Of a stretch of 64,000 nt of DNA, positions 51,801 through 64,000 are shown in pieces. The position numbers and the translations under genes are program-made. The stretch's first letter is position 1. Each line of letters opens with the position of its first letter. The stretch comes from Eledone cirrhosa (Eukaryota), in contig OZ024740.1 in assembly GCA_964016885.1 (NCBI GenBank), positions 111,538,001 to 111,602,000 of the forward strand, written 5' to 3'. The notes under the pieces were generated by a model, which searched no databases, was not told where the DNA came from, and saw only the letters and a list, made by a program, of their open reading frames with translations.

Positions 51801-52455
51801 TCAGCTGGCTAAAATGAGTTGTACCTGCAATTCGAAGGCCCAGCCTTATCTCATTCTATGTTACACTAGATCTCCCTGGGAAAAACGTTAAGTGTACGCA
51901 GCCATTTTACACATTATTTTAACCAGCAGGCTGTATCGTTGATCATATCAACTAGAACCCTCGTCGTCGAACCGATGGAGTGCCAGTGTGTGTGAGAGAA
52001 ACGACGAAAATATCTGTAACACATAAATACACACACATACACGATGAAGAATACACAAGAGAGATATGAGAGAAAGACAGTAACAATACAGTGATGGAGG
52101 TTATATAAAAGGTGTGGATGAAAAGTATTCGTGATTAAGATACATTAGCAACAGAGGTTGTTTATTTCATACTGAAATATCATACTTTTATGACGAACGC
52201 CCTAAAAGAATGAATATCTGTAACCAAACAACATCTCAATCTTGTTACAAGCAATAGCTGAGAAAGCTCTAAATACCATTAATGTTTCTATATGCAATTG
52301 TAAAACAACAAATAATAGGAAGAAAGAAAACAACGTTAAACGAATTTTCACATATAAATTGTTTAAATCTGCAGTTGTTACCTTCTAGTTTAGCAAAATA
52401 TAACACAACATCTAGTCACCCATTCCTTTCGAACACCTATTATTTCTATCTATCT

Positions 52456-53364
52456 AGGCGGACACGGCTCTCAGTGGAGACTCCACCTCGACATTCTGTA
52501 GAGGGCTGGTACGCAGCAGGTGCGACGACGCCCCCGGAGAAGCCCTAGGGAGGGAGGAAGACGAACTGACCAGCCTTTTCGGTAGGACATTTAGCCCGGG
52601 ACCCATGGACAACTTCCAGAGGTCCCTGGCCTGGCAGTACTACCGAGGGGCTCTGCCCGTTCGAGAAAGTCTCTACAGATACGGGCGCCCGGGTAGGGAC
52701 CCCTCGAAAAAGATCTGTCCCAGATGCGTGCGCGACGAGGAAACCGTCGCGCATGCATTGGTACACTGACCGGGCGTCGCCGATCTGTGGGGCTATGTCG
52801 AACGACTGCTGTCACGGTTGGGATCTATCCGGTTGACGACCGAGTCCATTATAACGATCAAGCCCCCCCCCCCCCCATCAAACATGAAGGAGAGGCGGTG
52901 TTTCTGTGCGTAATAGCCATGGTGAAAGCGGTTGTATGGTGGATGCGTTTGAAAGGACTGAGGTCAGACACCTTTCTCTCTGGCCAACAACTGGTCCTTT
53001 TCTTCCTATATCATTTCGGAAGAAGGATCAGGATGGAGAGAGAGGTTCTCCACCCTAGCCAGTTTTATGAAAGGGGGGTGAAAGTGGCGAGAATGGCCCG
53101 TTTGAATGGGCCTTCTCTCTATATCAGCCTGTAGGTGAAAAAGATCGAAGAACAAGGGATCACCCTCTCTCTGTGCTCCTGAGGAGAAGGGTTACACACT
53201 TTTTCGGGTGTGTGTGCGACCCCCAAAACGCCTCCTCCCTATTGAGGACTTTATTGTTAATTTTATATTTGTTATTTGGTTTGTTTTTACTCGTTTTTTT
53301 GTGTAAACTCCGCCCTTTGTATTTGTCCCCTTCTTTTGCGCCCTCGTGGCAATACATAGAAACT

Positions 53365-53365
<1 letters not shown>
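52456..53365 (+). mobile_element. Tx1/L1-like LINE 3' part (zf-RVT region and 3' end) between (TCTA)n repeats
   Basis: AWQYYRGALPVRE, CPRCVRDEETVAHALVH, IAMVKAVVWWMR. 3' end ccctcgtggcaata, with similar ends at 48568, 49268, 49513 and 55265 (-). Confidence 0.7.
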
Positions 53366-53395
<30 letters not shown>

Positions 53396-53502
53396 CTATC
53401 TATTTATTAATATAATTGTATGATGGTATTTCATATTATCCCTCCTCTTGTTCTGAGTTCTGTTTATAGCTAACACACACACACACACGCACACACACAC
53501 AC

Positions 53503-53575
<73 letters not shown>

Positions 53576-53702
53576 GTAATAATAATAAATGTGAAGACAA
53601 AAATCCAAAGAGGGCTCGTTAAGGATAAATATATATCAAATATATAAGAACCAAAGAGCAAATATTTATTAAAATAACAGATTAAAGTTTAAGCAAAGAA
53701 TC

Positions 53703-53817
<115 letters not shown>

Positions 53818-53896
53818 CGATTCTTTGCTTAAACTTTAATCTGTTATTTTAATAAATATTTGTTCTTTGGTTCTTATATATTTGATATATATTTAT

Positions 53897-54024
<128 letters not shown>

Positions 54025-54102
54025 GATTCTTTGCTTAAACTTTAATCTGTTATTTTAATAGATATTTGCTCTTTGGTTCTTATATATTTGATATATATTT
54101 AT

Positions 54103-54191
<89 letters not shown>

Positions 54192-54699
54192 TCTACATAT
54201 ATATATATATATATATATGTGGCTGAGTGGTTAGAGAATTGGATTCGCAATCGTAAGGTTGTGAGTTCGATTCCTGGACCAGGCGATGCGTTATATCCTT
54301 GAGCAACACACTTTATTTCACGTTGCTCCTTCTACCTGGAGTTGCGACCGATAGATAGTATTAGCAATTGGAAAGACCAACGGAAACATTGCTTCGTCGG
54401 TCCGATTTGACGAAAGTCGATCGTTCCTTCCTTTTATATATATATTAAAATAAATGTATATATATATGTATATATATATGTATATATATGTATATATATA
54501 TATTAAAATATTATGAGTTCATGCAATTGACTTATTTTTCGTCACTATTTATATATATAATGGAGGGAGAAAGGGAGAGACCCCAGCGAGATTTGAACAT
54601 GGAATGTAGAATGTCGTAACTAAATGTGAAGCATTTAGTTAGATGCTTTAACAAGAATGAGAACAATAATAATAATAATAATAATAATAACAACAACAA

Positions 54700-54733
<34 letters not shown>

Positions 54734-55190
54734 GATAACAATAGAAAGTCCGTTCAGTAACTCATAGCGTGATTTGATTTGTCGATCTCTGAATACGTTC
54801 AGTCCCTCAATATGTGCAACGGTCGCATGTTTCTTCTCTCTGATTGACAGTTTAAAGTGTACTGTGTCGTCAGTTGAGCTATTAGCTTTGACCAAGAGGT
54901 CAAATGTTGTAGGCTGAATTGTGTCACTTGTCTGACAACATGTTATCTATTGATCCACCACCTTATCTATCCAACAAAACCCTCTTTTAAAGTCATGGGA
55001 AGGGACACATTGGTTGGTACAAGAGTAGCTGTTATTGAATGCCTGCTGAACTAGACAGAATGCGGTAAGGGAATTGTGTTGTTGAATAAAGAATAAAGTC
55101 AAAATAACCAGTTTGCTATAGAAACTGAGGCAAAAAGCGCACAAAACCGAAAGTTAAAAGAATGTTCGAGTTTGTGAGATAGATAGATAA

Positions 55191-55261
<71 letters not shown>

Positions 55262-55402
55262 TAGATTTCTTTATTAGCCACAAGGGCGCAACAAGAAAAG
55301 GGGACAATGCAAAGACATGCCGGGGATTTTACATACAGTCGTGTAAAAAATATAAAAACAAACAATTTCAACAATCGAAATCCCCAATAGGGGGGAGGCG
55401 CC

Positions 55403-55468
<66 letters not shown>

Positions 55469-55730
55469 AATAGATAAAGAGACAGACAAAAGACAGACAT
55501 ATATTATAGGTAGATAGATGATTATATATACATATATATACAATTGAAATTGCCTCTGTGTGTATGTGTGTGTGCCCCCTAAGTTTTGCAAAGTCTATAC
55601 AAATCCACATTTCTACTCCGATTGTCTTCAAACTTGCATTTTATATTCCTTGCGGTCTAAAGATATTAACTGCATCTTTTATCTTTCAATTTTCTGTCGT
55701 TAAAGGCGTGTTAGGCGCCGGTTATCTCTC

Positions 55731-55819
<89 letters not shown>

Positions 55820-56099
55820 ATTAGTCTGTCTTTTTAGATAGATACATAGCTATAAGGTCGCGCCCTTATAATATCTGTCTGTATGTCTGGCTGTCTGGAT
55901 TACCACATTATGAAAAAAATTGTTCTCATTGATGACATATTTTCTTCGCTACTTTCCGTTCATTGCCAGGGAACGTCTTCACGAACCAAAGTATCGTCTT
56001 CCTGTTTTCCTCCGTTTGCAACGTTTTTCGAAATATTTACTTCTGCGTTCACAGATTGATTTGTTTAGTTTCAGAAGATCCCGTTAAGGGTGAAAGCAC

Positions 56100-56994
56100 A
56101 CGTTGTAAGCAATGTCAATGTTACTGCTGCTACATAGGACTCCCATTACCACTGAACTTTCAGCTTTGCGTTGTGCATTTCCATCCGCAAGCCAACATGG
56201 AATGGTCTTCATTGTAGTCAGTTTATTGAGGGAGAAACAGAAGGGTCTCGAATTTGCCGTCCAAAATACCCATTGACAATAACAAAAACCGCTAACATCA
56301 ACGCAGAATGATACATTGTAGGTCGCTTTAACCCGTCTTTTATTAATCAAAAAACTTCTTGCCAATAAACATTAACCCTTTGTGCGCCATTCATCTAACT
56401 GTAGACCAGCAAATACCAACCAAACGGAGCGTTAACAAGAACGATGGCGAATGAATCCTCGAGGTAAGGAGTTTCCTCCCGAGCTGTTAGTTCACGCTGG
56501 ATTCTCTGCTACATCTTTTCATAATAATACCGAACACCCTACTGCTGGTCACTCCTTCCTCCAAAAGCCGTACAAAGCGGACATGTGCATCGGGCAGATG
56601 GATCGTGTGCATATCTATACCAGGCCTGCGCGAAAAATTCGCAAGAGTCTGCACCGAGAGGGATAGAGAGAAAGAGTAACTTAGTGGAAAGAGTGTGAAT
56701 GAACTTTTGAGGTAAGTAGCCTACGCCTTACTGCTATGACACTGCAACCTTCTGCCAACTTAACCTGTGACTTTCTCTTTCACATTTACTCCAATAGACC
56801 AACACAGAGTGGAAACGCCGGGGAACAACTGTCACAGAAGGAGTATGAAATGAAGGGGCTCAACAATATTTCTATGAACAATGCACGTAGACAGCTAAAC
56901 TGTACTTTCAACTTCTTAATTTTCTCCAAATAAACGTCATTGGAGGGGCTATTACCAATGTTCTTACCCGTGCAACGCCGGGATACACTGCTAG
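56100..56994 (+). mobile_element. Helitron-like non-autonomous element; only the 3' end is well supported
   Basis: Hairpin CCCGtgcaacgcCGGG about 8 nt before the terminal CTAG (56991-56994), followed by T. The 5' boundary is a guess. Confidence 0.5.
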
Positions 56995-57306
56995 TATATA
57001 TATATATATATATATATATAATAAGAGTATGTGTTCCTACATGTAAAAATTACATATAGGGATACAAGTATTGTCCAACCGTATGACAGTGTTATTTTGG
57101 CAGGTTAATACATTAGCTAGCCAGAACTTATAATATCAAGGTTTAGCAAATAGGAAAAAAGTTTTAAAATAAATTTCAAAAACTTCACTGTACTTACTAT
57201 ATGTGCCTTTACCGCGGTTTCCGCAGGTTAATAAATTAGCAAGCCAGAACATATAAAATCAAGATTTAGCAAATAGAGAAAAGGTTTCTCTATTTGCTAA
57301 ACCTTC

Positions 57307-57419
<113 letters not shown>

Positions 57420-57424
57420 AGAGT

Positions 57425-58115
57425 ATGTGTTGTAGCTCTGATTCATATGATTCATCGAGCGCTTGCCACACATATCGGACGTTGATTTTCGTTAATTCCT
57501 GAGCTGAAAACGATTCTCGCTAATTTATATTTGTATTAATCTCCAGAGTCTAGCTATTGAGCAGTTAATTTTATTGATTTTTTTCAGTTACATATATTGA
57601 CTGTTGAATGGCTCTGTTATATTTAACAATTCGATTTGTGATATTTTGCATTCTCGCAATAATACACAACTGAATCATTCGCTTAATAGAGGTGTTACCT
57701 CCCTTGCTGAATCCCACGAGGGGTCAGTAATAGCTACACTATCTATAGCATATTGGAGTAAAACCCGTTGAAAACACGACTGCCTTGTTCATCATCTCAC
57801 CAGAAGCCCAACATTCTTTATGTAGGCGGACAGTACCTGATTTGGAGTCGCAGAAACCAATACTGGATTTTACCATCAGTCCAGGGTCCGGGAAAGTATC
57901 AACACATATATTTTTATTGTTTGACCCGAATTACTTGGTCGTTTTGATTTTGGCTGTGCGGATGATATGTTTAGCCATCATCTCAGTGTGTTTGGCCCTT
58001 AACGTATGTTGTAGCTCTGATTCATATGATTCATCGAGCGCTTGCCACACATATCGGACGTTGATTTTCGTTAATTCCTGAGCTGAAAACGATTCTCGCT
58101 AATTTATATTTGTAT
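57425..58115 (+). repeat. Partial-tandem repeat with about 580-bp unit, in (TA)n (same family as 2550-3395)
   Basis: 57428-57536 is repeated at about 58007-58115. Confidence 0.8.
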
Positions 58116-58263
58116 ATATATATATATATATATATAGGGAGAGAGGGGGAGAGAGAGAGAGCTAAATAGATAGATAGATCAATACATACATGCATGTTAC
58201 GAGAAATGAGAGGCGAAAAAATAAAGAAATACAAGATAAGTAAAAAGAAAAGAAGAGAAAAGA

Positions 58264-59778
<1,515 letters not shown>

Positions 59779-59869
59779 ATGATATTAAACTATATTTATA
59801 GAACCATATTTATTCATTTCGTTTCTGAATTTGTTTAGCAAGATTCTTTATCTGAAAACGTGTGTTGAA

Positions 59870-61620
59870 ACCGATATTGTTATAATTGGGAGGGTTATGT
59901 TGCCAATAAGAAACACACGCACCAGTTGCTTTCACTTCAATTTATTATAAATTAAATTTATAAATTTAAGAATTTATAAATTTCCGGTTGGTTGGTTGGT
60001 TGGTTCCACAACGTGACGGTTGTTCATATATTGTCAAAGTTCTTTCGTCACACATTCTGTGACCTCTTCAGTGACTGGGGATTCTTCTCTTTGTGTTGTG
60101 CCTCTCCTTAGTTCTGTCCTACGCCTTCTTGCTTTTGTGTGTGTTGTGTGCTTAGTTTGCGCATGTATTACATCCGGGTGTATGTGTGTGTTTTTATTTG
60201 TTTATTTATTTGCTTATTTACATGTTACTTGTTGGTTGTTTGTTCTATGTGTGTGTATTTTCATTTTGTCCTGAATTGTAAGTTGTGATGTTGCTATTCC
60301 ATTCATTTTATCTATTTAATTTTGGTTGGTGTTCATTTATGTTTATTGCCTCTGTGATTTGTCTAAACATTGCGTCTTTTCTGTGTGTAGATTTTATTTA
60401 TATTTCTATGTTCTCTAATTTGCCCTTATGTTCTATTTTAGCATGTTGGTGGAGTACTGATGAATCTTTTCTATCTTGAAGCTCTCGCCAGTGTTCATTT
60501 AATCGTTCTTCTATACTACGAGCTGTCTCACCTATGTACACTATATTCTTATCTTTACATTGTCCTTCAGTACATATTATGCTATCTACTATGTTTCTAG
60601 TTTTACAGTTAACATGGGGGCTTAGTTTACAGATTATGCATTTCTTATCTATACAGGGAGGTCTTTGAAAAGGGTATATATTACTAATAAGTGTTTTTAT
60701 GGAGGTACCTGGTCTTTCTACTATCTTAACATTTAGTTTAAGTTTATCTAGCGCCCTTCTAAATTTGTAAGTAATTCCTCTCTAGGGGTTGTATTGATGA
60801 ACATTACACTCTGGTATTTATTGCTATCATACCATGAGTTTATTCTATTAACCTTATTCCTAGTTCTTTCTATTCTATTCCAAAATTTGCTACTATACAA
60901 GGGGCAGATCTCATTTGTATCATTATTTACCATTTTTTCCCATTTGGTTCTGGCTCCTCTATATACTCTGCTTTTATCTCTCTGATTGTAACCAGAGGAC
61001 TGCATACGGTCGATGAAGTGTTGTATGTGTCTCTCTAGTTCTTTAGGGTTATACATGCGGGACACGTTTCTCATCACCCGTACTAAATCCGCAATCAGTA
61101 TGTTGATTTTGGTGTGATCTGAAACAGCTGAGTTTCGGTGGATCAGAAATTTCGAAGTCATGGGTTTGGCATAATGGGAATGGAGGATTTGTATTTTGTT
61201 ATTAAATGTTTCTAAGCAGAGCTCTGGGTCTAGTACAGGTAATCAATGCTTGGGGTGTTTGCTTGGGTAGTCTATAGTAACTCTAAAACTCTGGTGGATG
61301 GAGTTAGCTATTTGCTGGATGCTTTCCATGGTGTTTTTCTCTAATTCCTGACTGTTCTCTAGTGGAGTGTTTTTATTACGATGTTTATATGATCAACGTA
61401 GCGAGAGTACATTATCAGGGTTAAGAGGTTGCTGTCTTCTAATTGTTCTTTAAGTTTATTGTCCCATCATACCATGAATAGGTTAGCTATGTCACCTGCA
61501 ATGCTAACACCAATGGCTGCTCCCTCCTCTTGAGCATATGTTTTTCCATTAAATTTGAACATATGTTCCTTAAGGGTTAGTTTTATACTGGCCCTCGCCG
61601 CATGTGAAATCATTATCTTT
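59870..61620 (-). mobile_element. Decayed Penelope-like element family B (RT B'-E, GIY-YIG, pLTR)
   Basis: ORF 60748-61161 matches 17567-18393. The upstream part encodes EGAAIGVSIAGDIAN. pLTR HHR at 60033-60075. Confidence 0.88.
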
Positions 61621-61621
61621 A

Positions 61622-63112
61622 GATATGTATTCAATTATATATATTTCAAGGGTACTAAAATTTTGGTACGCTATCATCAGATGAATTATAAAAAGTTTTA
61701 TAAATATTTGACATGACCAAGGATAATATACCTTAACGGTTTAAGTTATCCTTGGAAAGTTATAATATACCTTAACGGTTCAAGTTATCTCTTTCCAGGG
61801 ATAACTTGAACCGTTAAGGTATATTATCCTTGGTCATGTCAAATATTTATAAAACTTCTTGTATTTTATCTGATGATAGCGTACCAAAATTTTGGCACCC
61901 TTGAAATATATATAATAGAATAAACATGGTTTTATAAAGATAGTTTCCATTTAATATCATTGAATATTTACTCCAAAAGTCTGTCGAGTGCTCTGAACGA
62001 GTTATAAATATTTGTTGTATTTCCAACAAATTAAATATCCCCTCTACTTATATATATATATAGAGAGATATGCAGCAGTTATATTTAATTTGTTAGGATT
62101 CCAACAAACTTAAAAGTTTATAACTGATATAGAGCACTCAACAATTTACTGGAGTAAATATTCAATATATTAATAGTTTCTACTTTAGGCACAAGGCCAA
62201 CAATTACCCAGTGCATTACTGGTACTTTATTTTATCGACCCCGTAAGGATGCAAGGCAAAGTCAGCCTCGGTGGGATTTGAACTCAGATCGTAAGGGGAC
62301 GTAACTATGCTGGAAAGCATGGCGTCCGTCCCTCTACCGATACTGCCAATCCACCCCTATTCAATATATTAATAAATGGAAACTATGTTTATAAAACCAT
62401 ATTTATTTTATTATATATATTTCAAGGGCAACCAAGGCAGTCTTGGTGCGCTTTCATCAGATAAAATACAAAATTTGTTTTATAAATAGTGACATAACTG
62501 TCAAGGTTGTTTTCCACGGTTATGTCACTATTTATAAAACAAATTTTGTATTTTATCTGAGGAAAGCGCACCAAGACTGCCTTGGTTGCCCCTGAAATAT
62601 ATATAATAAAATAATTATGGTTTTATAAATATAGTTTCCATTTATTAATATATTGTATATATATATACATCAATTATATTAATAAATGGAAACTATATTT
62701 ATAAAACCATATCTATTCTATTATATATATTTCAAGGGTACCAAAACTTTGGTACGTTCTCATCAGATAATATACAAAGTTTGTTTTATAAATATTGACA
62801 TATCCAGGAAAGAGATCTTAATGGTTCAAGTTTTTCCTGCATAGTTAAACTTAAATAAACTTGAACCGTTAAGATCTCCTTCCTGTATCTGTCAATATTT
62901 ATAAAAGAAACTTTGTATTTTATCTGATGCTGATGAGAGCGTACCAAAGTTCTGGTACCCTTGAAATATATATAATAGAATAAATATGGTTTTATAAATA
63001 TAGTTTCCATTTATTAATATCATTGATATTATACGCCAGAAAGCTGTCGAGTGCTTTGAATCAGTTATAAATATATATATTTGTTGAATTACCAACAAAT
63101 TAAATATCCCTT
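61622..63112. repeat. Cluster of three fold-back units of one short HHR family (six HHR arms), with a SINE insertion
   Basis: For example tttat-CTGATGA-tAGcGTACCAA..TTGGcACcCTt-GAAA-TATATA-TA-ataga at 61865-61919. Hairpin centres near 61790, 62510 and 62845. Confidence 0.8.
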
Positions 63113-63126
63113 CTGCTTATATGTAT

Positions 63127-63190
<64 letters not shown>

Positions 63191-63529
63191 GTGTGTATAT
63201 ATTTGTATGTATGTATGTATGTATGTATATCTACCAATGCATGATTTTCCTCTCGAACAAAGAAACACGACACATGAATTATCACTCTAAAATAGTTGTG
63301 AATAAATCGAGACATTAACCATTGAAGCGGGAAAAAGTGTTACGAGGTTAATATGGTTGGGAATGAAGGTTTGATTTGACGGCGAGGTGTTGCGTTTGAC
63401 GGACGGGGAAATTCAAGCAGGACAGCCTAAGCCAAGATAACCAAATAGTTTCAAAATCATGCGCTAAATGGAAATAACATCAATTGTTTTGGCAAAGGCG
63501 AATTAGACATAATGTGATTGTTGATGTAA

Positions 63530-63799
63530 CAGCGGTTCTCAACTTTATATCCGACGATTCCTGGCTGATCCACAAAAGTAGAACTGAAGGTTTGTTAGTT
63601 AAATTCAAATGTTCAAGTACACATAGTATTCACATAGTATTAGGTATACAAGAATAAACATTTGACTATGTTTATTGTTATTATCACTGTAGAATAATCT
63701 AAGAGGGAAGTAATTGTAGCGGGAGATGGGTTCATGGGAAACATTTATTTAGCAGTAAATAAAAGGGGCACTTGGGAGAGAAGATTTGGGGAACCACTA
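63530..63799. mobile_element. Possible hAT/Charlie-type MITE
   Basis: Imperfect termini CAGCGGTTCTCAA ... TTGGGGAACCACTA. TSD not confirmed. Confidence 0.35.
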
Positions 63800-64000
63800 A
63801 TATAACATATACAGAGACTTGGTCTTGATTAATAGTACTGACCAATTGGTGCAAGATCTCTGTGATGTATTCTTGTAGTTTGTGATAGTTATTGAAGAAA
63901 TAATATGAGGGGAGGATTCTGATTATGTGTATCCCACTTCTAAATGTATGAAAGAATTAATGGCTTTTGATAAGCATCCGTAGCAAGGTGTTTTGAGGTC

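Noticed and set aside
54218-54290. tRNA gene
   Set aside because: A and B boxes continue into a SINE body shared with 21655-21872, and there is no proper acceptor stem
57795-57895. Hairpin-ribozyme-like words (AGAA, AGAAAC, GGATTTTAC, GGTC)
   Set aside because: Helices H1 and H3 cannot be formed in register, so it is kept only as unexplained conservation

Overview
AT-rich eukaryotic, almost certainly animal, repeat-dominated DNA with no recognisable host gene. The SINE types and the (TA)n/(CA)n/(CT)n/(GATA)n load suggest an octopus or other cephalopod (inference). Most ORF-track entries are microsatellite translations. The window is dominated by Penelope-like retroelements (PLEs): one apparently intact, young RT + GIY-YIG element (ORF 26851-29310, minus strand) with a direct partial pseudo-LTR (pLTR) and a 1.7-kb inverted copy, plus several truncated or decayed PLEs from at least five other families. 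There are also RTE, Tx1/L1 and CRE LINE relics, two tRNA-derived SINE families, a Helitron-like 3' end and a possible hAT MITE. The main hidden signal is RNA structure: by eye I find roughly 35-40 type I hammerhead ribozyme (HHR) motifs, intact, partial or decayed, from about 14 unrelated sequence families. Many lie in non-coding 400-600 bp tandem or fold-back units inserted in (TA)n tracts (retrozyme-like mini-PLEs). Several have non-canonical cores (U3-A8 covariation, U4C, U4A, mismatched 10.1-11.1 pair, 40-80 nt loop II inserts), and many have a self-complementary stem III. All structures were read by eye, not computed; coordinates may be off by a few bases.
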